A stretch of 64,000 bases of DNA. Origin: Cyanophyceae cyanobacterium (lineage in GTDB: Bacteria; Cyanobacteriota; Cyanobacteriia; Cyanobacteriales; Laspinemataceae). Shown one piece after another: positions 1 through 11,131 of the stretch. Within the stretch, counting starts at the first letter, position 1. Each line of letters starts with the position of its first letter. The position numbers and the translations under genes are program-made. The DNA lies in contig JBBQFN010000026.1 in the NCBI GenBank assembly GCA_038321985.1, positions 10,846 to 74,845 of the forward strand, written 5' to 3'. Under the pieces are notes generated by a model that saw only the letters and a program-made list of their open reading frames with translations, had not been told where the DNA came from and made no database searches.

Positions 1-1055
1 TATTTGGCTATTATGTAATGGTAGGCATTTTCTTCCAAACTGCTTACACAGCGGTTAATCTACCTTATACAGCTCTCACTCCCGAACTCACTCAGGATTA
101 TAATGAGCGTACCAGTCTCAACAGCTTTCGTTTTGCATTCTCCATTGGCGGTAGTATCTTAGCCCTGCTTCTGGGTGTAGTTTTAACGCAACTGATTCCT
201 GACCAGAAGCAGATGTATGCCACCCTCGGGGGTATTTGTGCGATTCTGGCGGTTCTGCCCCTCTACTGGTGCGTATTTGGAACCCGAGAACGGTATCAAA
301 CCCCATCAGACCCGACAAGTTTATCTTTAATTTCTCAGTTAAAAATTGCCCTGAGCAATCGTCCGTTTCAGTTTGTTATTGGTATTTATCTATTTTCCTG
401 GTTAGCCCTGCAATTAACTACGGCAATTCTTCCCTATTTTGTAGTCAGTTGGATGCGCCGCGATTCCTTTTTTGAAGTGGCTTTAATCGTGCAAGTTGTG
501 GCGATTATCATGCTATTTGTCTGGAGTGCTCTGAGCCGTTCATGGGGGAGAAAAACGGTTTATTTTATGGGGATGGGATTTTGGATTATTGCTCAGGCGG
601 GACTTTTCTTTTTACCCCGCGATCGCACCGATTTGATGTTTTTTCTAGCCATGCTCGCTGGGGTGGGAGTGGCAACCGCTTATTTGGTTCCTTGGTCGAT
701 GCTCACGGATGTGATTGATTTAGATGAATTAAATACCGGCCAGCGTCGGGAAGGAATCTTCTATTCCTTTATGGTTTTTTTACAAAAATTAGGGTTAGGT
801 CTTGGTATTTTCTTGGTGGGACAAGCACTCAAGTGGTCGGGGTTCGTAGAATCAGCGGGGAGTGCCACGATTCCCGTACAACCAGACTCGGCTTTGTTCG
901 CTATTCGGATAGCAATTGGACCCCTGCCTACGCTCTTGTTAATGGGGGGTTTAATTTTGGCTTATTTCTATCCTCTAAGCCGGGAAGTTCATGCCGCTAT
1001 CTTATTACAGCTTTATGAACGTAAGCACAAGGCGGGGTTGAAGGGTGCGGAATGA
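1..1055 (+). CDS. GPH/MelB-family MFS sugar:cation symporter (5' truncated by window)
   Basis: Multiple TM segments; motifs NLPYTALTPELTQDYNERTSLNSFRF and DVIDLDELNTGQRREGIFYS typical of GPH transporters. Confidence 0.85.
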   Translation, partial: FGYYVMVGIFFQTAYTAVNLPYTALTPELTQDYNERTSLNSFRFAFSIGGSILALLLGVVLTQLIPDQKQMYATLGGICAILAVLPLYWCVFGTRERYQTPSDPTSLSLISQLKIALSNRPFQFVIGIYLFSWLALQLTTAILPYFVVSWMRRDSFFEVALIVQVVAIIMLFVWSALSRSWGRKTVYFMGMGFWIIAQAGLFFLPRDRTDLMFFLAMLAGVGVATAYLVPWSMLTDVIDLDELNTGQRREGIFYSFMVFLQKLGLGLGIFLVGQALKWSGFVESAGSATIPVQPDSALFAIRIAIGPLPTLLLMGGLILAYFYPLSREVHAAILLQLYERKHKAGLKGAE

Positions 1056-1365
1056 TAGGTAAGGTGGCGAGTATTCTTAAGGTTCCAGCCTATGTAGGCG
1101 ATCGCACCGTTATCTGATGCAGGGGGCTGGATTTTCGGACGGTTGGGGAGCCTCCAGCGGTGCATTAAAGCCTTGCCCTGTAACGAAGAAGGACGTAAGA
1201 GGTAAAAATCCGACTTCTAAAGCCCAATCTTATGGGGTTGGGTGCAAACTGGCCGATCGCCGGTTCGGAAATCCCTCCCTGGAGAGGGCTAATCTCATCC
1301 CCATCCTTCAGTCCTCGCTTTATAATAAAAGAGTGAATGTAAACTTTTGTAAATTTTCTGAATCT

Positions 1366-2043
1366 ATGAGCCTCTTAAGTTTAGATGAAATAGTCGTCAA
1401 GCTCGACAGTGAAAATTCCGGCGATCGCATGGTAGCCTTAGCTTCCTTGCGGAATGTCCCGGCTGCCGTTGCGTTCCCCTTGATCGAAAAACTCCTCAAT
1501 GATGAGAACCTGCAAGTGCGATCAATGGCAGTTTTTGCCTTAGGAATTAAAGCCACATCACAATCCTTTCCCCTTCTCGTCAAAATCCTCGAAGGCGAAC
1601 CGGATTACAGCATTCGTGCCGGTGCAGCCGGTGCATTGGGATATCTTGAAGACGAACGAGCCTTGGAACCCCTCGTGCGAGCATTCTATGAGGATACCGA
1701 TTGGCTAGTCCGCTTTAGTGCTGCCGTCTCCTTGGGAAATCTCAAGGACCCCCGGGCTCGTGACGTCCTACTGAGTGCCTTGGATACAGAGGAAGTAGTC
1801 GTACAACAAGCCGCTATCTCTGCCTTGGGAGAAATTAAATGTATCGAGGCAGTTGATCGTCTCTTAAATTTCGTTCAATCAGAGGATTGGTTGGTCCGTC
1901 AGCGACTCGCAGAAACCTTGGGACACTTGCCCAGTGAAAAAAGCATATCGGCCCTCAAATACATGGAAAAAGATAACCATCCCCAAGTCTCTGAAGCGGC
2001 TAGACTCTCTCTGAAACGATTAGCTGATCCAACTACCCTTTAA
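1366..2043 (+). CDS. nblB: HEAT-repeat PBS-lyase-like phycobilisome degradation protein NblB
   Basis: Tandem HEAT/E-Z repeats (VRSMAVFALG, DWLVRFSAAVSLGNL, DWLVRQRLAETLG). ATG 1366 is more plausible than the ORF-track start 1117. Confidence 0.75.
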   Translation: MSLLSLDEIVVKLDSENSGDRMVALASLRNVPAAVAFPLIEKLLNDENLQVRSMAVFALGIKATSQSFPLLVKILEGEPDYSIRAGAAGALGYLEDERALEPLVRAFYEDTDWLVRFSAAVSLGNLKDPRARDVLLSALDTEEVVVQQAAISALGEIKCIEAVDRLLNFVQSEDWLVRQRLAETLGHLPSEKSISALKYMEKDNHPQVSEAARLSLKRLADPTTL

Positions 2044-2051
2044 TTCAACCA

Positions 2052-2100
2052 GCAAAAAGGATGAAGTCTCAATCACTACCTTTAACTTCATCCTTTGCTC
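2052..2100. terminator. Stem-loop between convergent genes
   Basis: AAAGGATGAAGT...ACTTCATCCTTT inverted repeat. Confidence 0.5.
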
Positions 2101-2132
2101 TTTTAATGAGAGTTTGCCCGATCGCCCTGACC

Positions 2133-3218
2133 CTATTGCCAGACTTCCAATAGTGCCCCTACGGCTTCATCTGTCCCTCGGGAAGCCCTTTCGCCGCCTT
2201 GATTCGTCGCCACCAGTACCGCAAAATCCCCCTGGGCTGCCATCCAGACTAAGGCAAAATTCAGGGTATTACTGCCATTGTGATAAAGTACGCGCCCACC
2301 CCCCCAATCCCGTTCGGTGACTATCCATCCCAACCCATAGCTATCGGAACTCCCTGCTTGCATATATCCCCTCTCCAAAGCGGGTGTATGCAGTTTTTGT
2401 AGGGTTTCGGGTTTTAATAGTTTAGAGTTGCCCCGTTCGCCTTGCAGGTGAAGGGAAATAAATTTGCCCCAATCTTCCATAGAAGCATGAACACGACCAG
2501 CGGGTGAAACCAAGGGGGGATTATCATGGTCTGGATCCGGATCAATCGCTTCAATCTGTCCGTTTTCTTCAAAGTGCTGCCAGGGTTGTGCGATCTGGCC
2601 CTGAGTTCCCATCGGCCCAAACCCTGCCGTTGTCATCCCCAAGGGTTGAAATAGTTTTTCAGTGATTAAATCCTCCCAGGAAGCCTTCATCACTTGTTCT
2701 GCCATGGCTGCTGCTACAACGTAGCCCATGTTGGAATAGTGGAACTCACCTAAGGGAAATGTCGGGGGTTGTTGCAGTGCCAGTTTAAGATAGTCTTGTC
2801 GCTGCTGTTGAATGGACCCGGGCAGGTGATACATTTCCATCGGAGTTTTTCCGGTAAGCCAGGGTTGGTCAGGTTCGGGAAAGCCTGCCTGATGAGATAA
2901 GAGTTGTTCTAGGGTAATGGTGCGATAAATCGGCAGCATTTCGGACTCAAATGCTTGAGCTAGGGTTGTCTGCCATTGCAATTTTCCAGCTTCGACCAAT
3001 ATTCCTATCAATGTGGAGGTCATGGCTTTGGTGCAGGAACCGAGATGAAACTGATCCTCGATTTTTACAGGAATTCCGCTGCCATATTTCCGCTCACCTA
3101 CGGCACCAATGGCCGTTAAGCCCTCACTCGTGATGATCGCCCCTGCTAAAGCCGGTAAGTTATAACGTACTCGAATCGGTTCTAAAACTAAATTAATATT
3201 CATTACGAATGCTCGCAA
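2133..3218 (-). CDS. Serine hydrolase, beta-lactamase/AmpC-like family
   Basis: SxxK (GSCTKAMT), YSN (FHYSNMGY) and HNGS motifs. Confidence 0.85.
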   Translation of the reverse strand: MRAFVMNINLVLEPIRVRYNLPALAGAIITSEGLTAIGAVGERKYGSGIPVKIEDQFHLGSCTKAMTSTLIGILVEAGKLQWQTTLAQAFESEMLPIYRTITLEQLLSHQAGFPEPDQPWLTGKTPMEMYHLPGSIQQQRQDYLKLALQQPPTFPLGEFHYSNMGYVVAAAMAEQVMKASWEDLITEKLFQPLGMTTAGFGPMGTQGQIAQPWQHFEENGQIEAIDPDPDHDNPPLVSPAGRVHASMEDWGKFISLHLQGERGNSKLLKPETLQKLHTPALERGYMQAGSSDSYGLGWIVTERDWGGGRVLYHNGSNTLNFALVWMAAQGDFAVLVATNQGGERASRGTDEAVGALLEVWQ

Positions 3219-3336
3219 AGAAATAAATATTAGAAGGGATTTGGGATTAACGGTTATTTAGAATAATGTCCAAGATGTAGCCTGGGATTTCTGAGACTTG
3301 GACCCGGGCTGCCCCGAAGGAATTAAACATTTTTAC

Positions 3337-3519
3337 TTAGCTCGGTAAGGCGCGATAGGTGGCAATCACGGCCACTAATAAGGCCAATGTCCAGGACCAA
3401 CTCGGAATTCCTTCAATGAATAGCCATACATCCCCAAAGAGTGCGGCAAATAGCTGTAGGAAGTAAGCGATCGCGATCGTGCCCATTGCCAGGAGGATAA
3501 CCGGAAATATTTCAGACAT
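3337..3519 (-). CDS. Small hypothetical membrane protein (~60 aa)
   Basis: Two hydrophobic segments; GAGG upstream of ATG 3519. Confidence 0.5.
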   Translation of the reverse strand: MSEIFPVILLAMGTIAIAYFLQLFAALFGDVWLFIEGIPSWSWTLALLVAVIATYRALPS

Positions 3520-4056
3520 AACTTGTCCTCGTCTAGTTCTCATACCCAGCAAGGCGAGCCCTAGCTGGATTTTGACTTTATGTAGATGTAACAGATTATA
3601 AAGCAAACGTTACAAAAATCAAAAAATAGGTTAAGGATTATTAAGTTGACGGGCAATCATTCACGGCGATCGCCTTAATAAACACGCTTCGGGAGAAACC
3701 CGTGGATGAATAGCATAGACTCCGTTGATTCTCTAGGAATCAGAGTAAGTGGGGCTTTGATTGACCCCTGGGTTCTGATAACTACAGCCTAAGCCGTTGA
3801 TATCCGATGGGTGATTATTTTATGACAGATTGCGATTTGGCTGTAACCGCTTATTTTGCCACCGACGAGATCGCCCTCAATTGAGTTTCTTTGCCCTGAG
3901 TTTACCCAGAAAAACTGCCGGCTTTACTCAGTAATAATACTCAGCTAAAAACGCAAAAAAATAACCCGTTCCCAAGGGACATCCCGGATAAAATGGGATG
4001 AAATTTTAAACCCAAAGGGAAGCGGGAGTGAGGGGTTGGCGTAAGTCCACCCGGTC

Positions 4057-5952
4057 CTAAGCCGGAGGAGAGGTGGCTAAATTAATTCCTTTGAGCGATT
4101 CTGACTCAGGGGTAAAACGGGCCTTTTCTACGATCGCCTGAGAAAGAGTGCTCCGGGCGATCGCCTGTAACAGAAGATTTTCGGCGGCGAGTTTTCGGTA
4201 AGCCATAAATTCAAAAATTTGTTCTTCCTGAAGTCCATACTCAATGCGCCGCTGATAAACCCGCCAAATGGCAAGCAGGGGGACAATTTCCTCTGCTTTC
4301 AAATCTACCCACTGTCCCCCCTGTTCTGCGGCGAACTGTTGCAGATAACGATACCCTTGCCAGTGGGGGGGAATCAGTTTCTCGTAAGAGCGAACTAAAC
4401 AACCGCAGGTGAGATCGAACGTTTCATATTGAACCAAGCGTTTTAAGGCAGCTTCGACTTTTTTGCTTTGGAAATCTTGGAGAATAGCAACGCCAAGGGT
4501 AGAGGGACCGGCCTTCTCACGAGTAATCACGGTAAATTGAATATATCCACGATTGTTGCGATCTCGCTGAATGCGATCGCTCACGGATTCGATCGCTACC
4601 CCGGCGATCGTCTGTCCCAAAACCCGTTGAAACCCAAAATAAAGCGCATCAGCTACTGCGGTATTATCCAATAGACGCTCGGGACTTTGATTGAAAACTC
4701 GTTCCCGTTCAAACGCCGCTTCCACCTGTTCAAAGGGGTCTTCTTCCACGGGACAGAAATTTTCCGCGCACCATTCCAAAATCTGTTTAACCGAAAGTTG
4801 TTCCCGGGCTAAAGCTCGGAGTTGCCCCGCTTCAAAAGGATAGACTGGGTTAGGTGGGGTTAAATTGTATCGCTCATAAAAGGCTTGTAACCAGATGCGA
4901 ACCAACTCAACGATGCCATCGGCGCTGATCTGATATAACTGCATCGGTTCTCCCTGTTTCGACAGGTAGCTAGAGATTCCCGGCGGCAGCGCTTGGACTT
5001 TATTGCGCCAAGTTTCCTCTGTCATGACACTTAACAGGACAATACCGCGATCGAGTGATGCCCGAGGTAGGGTATCCCACATTCGTTTAATAATGCTGGC
5101 AACGACCCGTTCTCGTTTTAAGCCGGTATCGCTTTTATCCTCAGCTTCCAACTGGTCAAAACAGATGGTCAGAGGGTAATAGAAACTAATAATGCTAAAG
5201 GTTTGCAGGAGAATTTCCCAGGCATCGGCATCGCGGGCGTCCCGAGAGCGATTGGGTAAACCGAGTTCGGTGGCTTTAGAAGAGGCGATCGCGGCACCGG
5301 ACAACCATTTAATACTGTAGGGGGCTTGAGTGCTACACAAGGTCCAAATAATCGCCCGGACTAGATCGGGATCGGGGATATCGGGTTTAATTTTGGAGAA
5401 CCCTTCGGTGAGTTGATTAACCCAAGTTTGATTTTTAGTGAGGGTATGGTTGTTAAGTTTAGCAATCAGTTCCGGGGGAGAAAAAGTGCGAGCGTTGGGG
5501 TCGATCGCATGAATGGCGTGATTGGCGATCGCTGCGGCGAGGGATTGCCACTGCATCACTTCACCTTGACCCGTAGAGCGTAAACTATCAACAACACGCT
5601 GATGAAATTGATAGCGCAGTAGGTTTAAGTCCGTCAATTGACCGGCATTCAGGTAAATAAACAGGGCGCTATCTTCTTGTTGGATCTGGTGACGAAGGGT
5701 GGCGATCAGATGACTTTTGCCCATCCCCGAATTCCCAGTTACCGTAATCGCACTCAGGGCAGAAGAACCCTGGCGCGATCGCTCAAGGGCCTGGAAGACT
5801 ACCTGACGAATGCGATCGTTCAAACTATTGAGATTGGGGATCTCATCGCGCCAAATTTCGCGATCGCTGACCGATGCCGGGTAAGGGAACGGGTTGTGAG
5901 CGGCGATCGCCGTATTCAGGTCTTTGATCGAAGAAATAGAACAACTAGCCAT
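4057..5952 (-). CDS. P-loop NTPase of unknown function
   Basis: Walker A GNSGMGKSH, Walker B-like TICFDQLE; 631 aa. Confidence 0.7.
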   Translation of the reverse strand: MASCSISSIKDLNTAIAAHNPFPYPASVSDREIWRDEIPNLNSLNDRIRQVVFQALERSRQGSSALSAITVTGNSGMGKSHLIATLRHQIQQEDSALFIYLNAGQLTDLNLLRYQFHQRVVDSLRSTGQGEVMQWQSLAAAIANHAIHAIDPNARTFSPPELIAKLNNHTLTKNQTWVNQLTEGFSKIKPDIPDPDLVRAIIWTLCSTQAPYSIKWLSGAAIASSKATELGLPNRSRDARDADAWEILLQTFSIISFYYPLTICFDQLEAEDKSDTGLKRERVVASIIKRMWDTLPRASLDRGIVLLSVMTEETWRNKVQALPPGISSYLSKQGEPMQLYQISADGIVELVRIWLQAFYERYNLTPPNPVYPFEAGQLRALAREQLSVKQILEWCAENFCPVEEDPFEQVEAAFERERVFNQSPERLLDNTAVADALYFGFQRVLGQTIAGVAIESVSDRIQRDRNNRGYIQFTVITREKAGPSTLGVAILQDFQSKKVEAALKRLVQYETFDLTCGCLVRSYEKLIPPHWQGYRYLQQFAAEQGGQWVDLKAEEIVPLLAIWRVYQRRIEYGLQEEQIFEFMAYRKLAAENLLLQAIARSTLSQAIVEKARFTPESESLKGINLATSPPA

Positions 5953-6108
5953 AGCAAGACGTATAAAGGAGTAAACCGAATCGAGCTTCGGCTCTTACTT
6001 ACAGTGTGCCGCGAAACTCATTTAACCTTGCACTATACCCATCCGTTCTCTAGTCACACCGCTAGATTCCGAAGGCGATCGCCCTGCTGTGTCTGGATCT
6101 CCTTCCAG

Positions 6109-7092
6109 TTAAACTGAGGTGCCGCCCGACAAAATTTTGTGGGCCTGCTGGAGATGCTGGGAAACCGATGTAGCAGAGGCATGGAAGGCCGCCCGTTCTG
6201 CTTGATCGAGTTCGAGTTCTAACACCTTTTCAACCCCTCGGCACCCTAACTGGCAGGGAACCCCGATAAACAGATCCCGTAACCCATATTCACCCTGAAG
6301 ATAAGCAGCAGCCGGAACGATTCGCGACTGGTTCAGTAAAATCGCTTCAATCATCAGACTCACAGAAGAGGCCGGAGCAAAATAAGCGCTCCCGGTTTTC
6401 ATCAATTCTACGATTTCTGTGCCACCGTTGCGGGTTCGTTCCACAATTCCCTGGATGGTTTTAGCATCCATCAGTTCTTTCAGGGGAATCCCCTCAACTG
6501 TGGTGTAGCGCGGCAGGGGGACCATTAATGTTCCGTGATCACCCAAAACCATTGCCTTGATATCCTGGATTGAAACTCCCAGTTCCATGGAAATAAAGGT
6601 TTTAAAGCGAGCCGCATCCAAAACCCCGGCCATTCCAATCACCCGACGGCAAGGGAGTTGAGTCGCTTCCCAGGCCACGTAGGTCATCACATCCAGGGGA
6701 TTGGTTACGACTATTAAGATAGCTTCCGGCGATCGGGCGATCGCCTCGGTTGCCGCTGTTTTGACAATCTTGGCATTAATCTCAATTAAGTCATCTCGAT
6801 TCATTCCCGGTGTCCGGGGACGACCGGCGGTGATCACCACAATATCGGAGTTAGCCGTATCATCATAGTCATTCGTTCCCTGGATCTGTCGGTCATGACC
6901 CTCCACCCCTCTTGCTTCCATCAAGTCTAGGGCAATCCCTTGGGGCATCCCTTCCAGGACATCCAGCATTACCACATCGGCTAAATTTTTTTCGGCGATC
7001 CGCTGGGCGAGGGTACTGCCTACTTTACCCGCACCAATGATGGAAACGCGAGCCTTCTGACAAGAGGGAGGAGAAAAGGGGGAGGAGGACAT
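6109..7092 (-). CDS. mdh: Malate dehydrogenase (LDH-like MDH)
   Basis: GAGKVG Rossmann motif, TAGRPRTPGMNRDDL with MDH-type Arg, VTNPLD, GDHG. Confidence 0.9.
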   Translation of the reverse strand: MSSSPFSPPSCQKARVSIIGAGKVGSTLAQRIAEKNLADVVMLDVLEGMPQGIALDLMEARGVEGHDRQIQGTNDYDDTANSDIVVITAGRPRTPGMNRDDLIEINAKIVKTAATEAIARSPEAILIVVTNPLDVMTYVAWEATQLPCRRVIGMAGVLDAARFKTFISMELGVSIQDIKAMVLGDHGTLMVPLPRYTTVEGIPLKELMDAKTIQGIVERTRNGGTEIVELMKTGSAYFAPASSVSLMIEAILLNQSRIVPAAAYLQGEYGLRDLFIGVPCQLGCRGVEKVLELELDQAERAAFHASATSVSQHLQQAHKILSGGTSV

Positions 7093-7122
7093 GATTAATA
7101 AAACACTGGAACAGTTTAGGGT

Positions 7123-7338
7123 TTACTGGAATTCTTCGAGTTGGTCGATTCGCAGCCAGATATTGGGGGTGGGAACGAAGCCGAATTTGACCAGGGCATA
7201 GTCCCCATTGGTGTCTACGATTTCCCCTTTGGTTTCAAAGATATAGGAGGGGAAGCGCGAATCACTAGCAGTTGCTTCTAAACTATTCTCTAACGTTTCC
7301 CGGACTGCGCGAACTATACTACCTTTTTTAACTGCCAT
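7123..7338 (-). CDS. ndhO: NDH-1 subunit O
   Basis: MAVKKG..VR..LENSLEA.ASD.RFP.YIFE..GE...VPTPNIWLR matches NdhO. Confidence 0.92.
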   Translation of the reverse strand: MAVKKGSIVRAVRETLENSLEATASDSRFPSYIFETKGEIVDTNGDYALVKFGFVPTPNIWLRIDQLEEFQ

Positions 7339-7466
7339 AAGTTGCTGTGCACTGTTTAGAACGGTTTCTCTTCCAAATTTTAATCCTTTACGGGGAGTCG
7401 GTGAGAGGGGGGATTTTCAACGTCCCGACTTAACCCGCCGACTGGCTGTGGTTTTCCCTATTTCCC

Positions 7467-8372
7467 CTAATTCTGACACTGGGGGCAAAAGTGGGTAGAA
7501 CGTCCGGTGAGTTTGAGGCGCTGGATGGGGGTATCACAGACGCGACAGGGTTGGGCTGAGCGGTTGTAGACCCAAGCAATGCCACCATAGTTACCATTAA
7601 TGCCGCTAACGTTGAGAAAATTGCTGAAGGTGGTCCCTCCAGCGGCGATCGCAGCTTGCAACACTTGAATGATGTGGGTGTGGAGTCGCTCAATTTCTGC
7701 TGTACTCAGGTGAGTGCAAAGCTTTGTGGGTAGGATGCCACTTAGGAATAGGCTTTCATCGGCGTAAATATTGCCCACCCCGGCTACAATTGCTTGGTCT
7801 AGAAGGGCGGTTTTGATGGGTTTTTGACGTCTTTGGAGTTGACGAGTCAGGTATTCTACGGAAAATGCTGCGGAAAAGGGTTCCGGGCCTAAATTTGCCA
7901 ATCCGGTGATGATCGAAGGGATGGGGAGGTTAGGGGGGACCCACCACATTTGACCGAAGGTGCGTTGATCCACAAACCGCAATTCGCGATCGCCTTTGAA
8001 GAATAGGCGAACTCGGGTATGTTTATGCAGCGGTTCCTCCTGGTGGACCCACAATAGTTGCCCTGTCATCCGCAGATGGACGCCTAAACTGCCTCTAGGG
8101 TTGGAGGCTGGCGGGGTAGAGTCTGAAAAATCAGGGCTGTCTCCCTGGGGAGAATCTGGATCGGTGGGGTTGCAAAGTTGGGCGAGGAGATATTTTCCTC
8201 GGCGCTGCCACGAGGCGATCGCACAGCCCTGGACCCCCGCCAAAAAATCTGTAGGTGAAACTGGGTGGGCGATGGTTCGCCTCAGCAAAACATCCCCACC
8301 CAGGATACTCGTACCGAGGGTTAATTGATTTAGCCCTCGACACACTGTTTCAACTTCTGGGAGTTCCGGCAC
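7467..8372 (-). CDS. mutM: Formamidopyrimidine-DNA glycosylase
   Basis: N-terminal PELPEVE, HLRMTG, GNIYADE, C-terminal zinc finger. Confidence 0.96.
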   Translation of the reverse strand: MPELPEVETVCRGLNQLTLGTSILGGDVLLRRTIAHPVSPTDFLAGVQGCAIASWQRRGKYLLAQLCNPTDPDSPQGDSPDFSDSTPPASNPRGSLGVHLRMTGQLLWVHQEEPLHKHTRVRLFFKGDRELRFVDQRTFGQMWWVPPNLPIPSIITGLANLGPEPFSAAFSVEYLTRQLQRRQKPIKTALLDQAIVAGVGNIYADESLFLSGILPTKLCTHLSTAEIERLHTHIIQVLQAAIAAGGTTFSNFLNVSGINGNYGGIAWVYNRSAQPCRVCDTPIQRLKLTGRSTHFCPQCQN

Positions 8373-8375
8373 CAG

Positions 8376-8735
8376 TTAGCGTGATTCGGTTCCCTGGTTG
8401 GGATCGCCCTGTACGGTACCGCTGCTACCAGCTTCAGGTTTGGCGGTCGTTTTGCTGCCTTTACCAGCAGCGTCGGTACCCGTTTTGCGATCGGCCGCCT
8501 TGGTTGTGGTACCACCTTTGCCAAGGGCGGATTTTCCAGCTTTGGGCCCTGAGACTTCTTGGACTTCGTTCATCGCGAAGTTGTTGGTGTTGACTCCGGC
8601 ATAGTTCACTTTGTCAAAGCGAACGATTACGGGATAGATGATCCCGCTTTGGTCTACAGTGGCAACGGTGCCAACTTCTTGAAACCAGTACGACTCTTTC
8701 CGCAGAATGCGAACTTGAGAACCACGTTGAACCAT
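8376..8735 (-). CDS. psaE: Photosystem I subunit IV with long C-terminal tail
   Basis: [14 protein letters not shown]...[21 protein letters not shown]. Confidence 0.95.
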   Translation of the reverse strand: MVQRGSQVRILRKESYWFQEVGTVATVDQSGIIYPVIVRFDKVNYAGVNTNNFAMNEVQEVSGPKAGKSALGKGGTTTKAADRKTGTDAAGKGSKTTAKPEAGSSGTVQGDPNQGTESR

Positions 8736-8845
8736 CTGTTTTTTTTCCTTGTGATGAATTGAACTAAAAGTTTAAGGGGAATTGCTTTTCAGCGTACTAC
8801 TCCAATGGGATACTCTGGAATGATTGAATCTTTAAGTTTTATTAA

Positions 8846-9493
8846 CTACTCGATCCAACGGACCCCCACAAAATGCGCGGAACGTCCCCACATATCCTGA
8901 GTGGGTGTGACATCTTCGATGGCAAGATTAAAGGGAATGGCGGTGGTGACGTAGCGTTGAGCCAGAATACCGAGGTCCGGGGTCACCTGGGAGGCAGCCG
9001 TTGCGGCTACCCCTAAACCGAGGAGTTGGGAGATAGGGTCGCGGGGTAGGACCATCGTAATCCCAAAAGCTAGACCCGCAGTGATTAGCATTCCCACGGA
9101 AAGATTGGTGCCACAACGGGGATGAACGGCGAGGTGCCATTCCCCCCGGGTGAGGCGATCATGGGCAATATGAACCGCGCGGCGCAGTTCCAAGGGGTTG
9201 ACACTGCCATAGAGATAAAATCCGCGATCGGTGGACATTCCACCCAATCCATCATTATCGGGCGATCGCCTCTGTTGGCTGTTGCTGTCTGCATCAGAAC
9301 CGGAGGTTTCGCTTAATACCCACACTGTGGCGTGCTCCAAGGCATGAACCTGACGTACTGCTAAGGTTTCTTTAACCCCGGGGATAAATTGTAGTTGCTG
9401 GAGGAGTTCCGCATCCCCAGTGGGATGAGGGGCAAAATCAAAGGGAAACGGACTCGTCTGAGAAGAGGAAGCAGTCATGAGGGTAGTCTCCAA
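8846..9493 (-). CDS. Conserved hypothetical protein (DUF6391-like)
   Basis: HALEHAT (HxxEH) and LAVHPRCGTN motifs. Confidence 0.6.
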   Translation of the reverse strand: METTLMTASSSQTSPFPFDFAPHPTGDAELLQQLQFIPGVKETLAVRQVHALEHATVWVLSETSGSDADSNSQQRRSPDNDGLGGMSTDRGFYLYGSVNPLELRRAVHIAHDRLTRGEWHLAVHPRCGTNLSVGMLITAGLAFGITMVLPRDPISQLLGLGVAATAASQVTPDLGILAQRYVTTAIPFNLAIEDVTPTQDMWGRSAHFVGVRWIE

Positions 9494-9874
9494 GTGGGTA
9501 GGGTCAGTTCAGGATAAAAGTATTTAGGCTGATGGGTATTAATTTAACGAATTTACCCCTCAACTGCCCATCCCGAGGGCGATCGCTGTGCCAGTGACTC
9601 GGGTTTGTATAACTGATGTCTGGGTTAACAATAACAAAAAGCATAAGTTGTTCAGGGTCTACGTTAAGAAAAGATATCAATCAACCGGCTTGTATTGTAT
9701 AGGGATTCTAAATAAATTTAACAATTTCTCAATGGAGTGGGAGCATCTTGCTGCACTAGGAAGCAAGATTCCCACTCCGTCAATTTGATGGTCAGAATGA
9801 TTTAGAGGTGCTATATTTCCTTGACGGGTGTCTACCTAAATGGTCAGAAGGATTAAGAGGCGCTCTATTTTTCC

Positions 9875-10873
9875 CTATAAATCTAAAGTTGCGATCGCCT
9901 CTTTTAACACCCTTGCGGACCCTTGTAACAGCTTTTCTTCCTCCGCTGTCAAAGACAGATTTAACACCCGCGTCACTCCCTGCCGATTGACCACTGCCGG
10001 CAAACTTAGACAGACATCATGGATGCCATTTATCCCCGGAATTAAAGAACTCACCGTTAATACTCGGTTTTGATTTCTTAATATGGCTTTGACAATATCT
10101 GTTACTCCCAATCCAATTGCATAAGAAGTTGCTCCTTTGCGTTTAATCACCTCATAAGCGGCATTTTTGACCTCTTCAAAAATTTCTTTTAATCGGTCCG
10201 TATCCGACCCTGAACACTGCTCTATTCCCCCATTACACAAACTCATCCCGGAAATATTGGCCTTACTCCACACGGGAACTTCACTATCTCCATGTTCCCC
10301 GATAATATAAGCGTGCAAACTTCTGGGATCTAGCTGCAATTGATTGGCTAACAAATAGCGAAACCGAGCTGTATCTAAGACCGTTCCCGAACCCAAGACT
10401 CGGTTACAGGGAAATCCAGATAACTTCAGGGTGACATAGGTCATAATATCCACCGGATTTGTCACCAAGAGGAGAATCGCATGAGGACAATATTGGACAA
10501 TTTCTGGAACCAACTCTTTGAAAATCTGCACGTTGCGGGTAATCAAGTCTAAGCGAGTTTCCCCGGGGTTTTGTTTTGCACCCGCCGTAATAATCACAAT
10601 ATCCGGATCATCACTATCTGCTAAAGTTCCCGCCCGAATCACGGTGGGAGCGATGAAGGGTAATCCGTGGAGTAAATCCATGACTTCCCCTTGGAGTTTT
10701 TCTTGATTGACGTCCACCAAAAGCATCTCATCTAGGGTATTTTGAATTAACATAGAATAAGCACAAGCCATGCCAACCTGACCCGCACCAATAATCACCC
10801 CTTTGAGAGGACGACGATTGTTTTGTAAAGCGAGATCGCGATCAGTAAATTCTGTAAATAACTCTTCAAACAT
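9875..10873 (-). CDS. ldh: L-lactate dehydrogenase
   Basis: [21 protein letters not shown] (LDH-type Gln), [16 protein letters not shown]. Confidence 0.92.
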   Translation of the reverse strand: MFEELFTEFTDRDLALQNNRRPLKGVIIGAGQVGMACAYSMLIQNTLDEMLLVDVNQEKLQGEVMDLLHGLPFIAPTVIRAGTLADSDDPDIVIITAGAKQNPGETRLDLITRNVQIFKELVPEIVQYCPHAILLLVTNPVDIMTYVTLKLSGFPCNRVLGSGTVLDTARFRYLLANQLQLDPRSLHAYIIGEHGDSEVPVWSKANISGMSLCNGGIEQCSGSDTDRLKEIFEEVKNAAYEVIKRKGATSYAIGLGVTDIVKAILRNQNRVLTVSSLIPGINGIHDVCLSLPAVVNRQGVTRVLNLSLTAEEEKLLQGSARVLKEAIATLDL

Positions 10874-10905
10874 CGAATATTCCCAAGGATTGTATTGACA
10901 TTTCC

Positions 10906-11131
10906 TAGGATAAAGGGTAAGCGCAAATTTTGCACAGTTCTTTAGATAGAGTTAAAGATTGGCTCAAAGCCCTGAGTAATTTTAATAGCAACTACCCGGT
11001 AATATGCGCGGTTTGTTTTAGGATAAAGGGTAACCGCAAATTTTGCACAGTTCTTTAGATAGAGTTAAAGATTGGCTCAAAGCCCTGAGTAATTTTAATA
11101 GCAACTACCCGGTAATATGCGCGGTTTGTTT
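10906..11131. repeat. 113-bp tandem duplication (2 copies)
   Basis: 10906-11018 and 11019-11131 are identical except one G/C substitution. Confidence 0.95.

Noticed and set aside
1117..1365. N-terminal extension of the NblB ORF
   Set aside because: No HEAT character; looks like promoter/UTR sequence.
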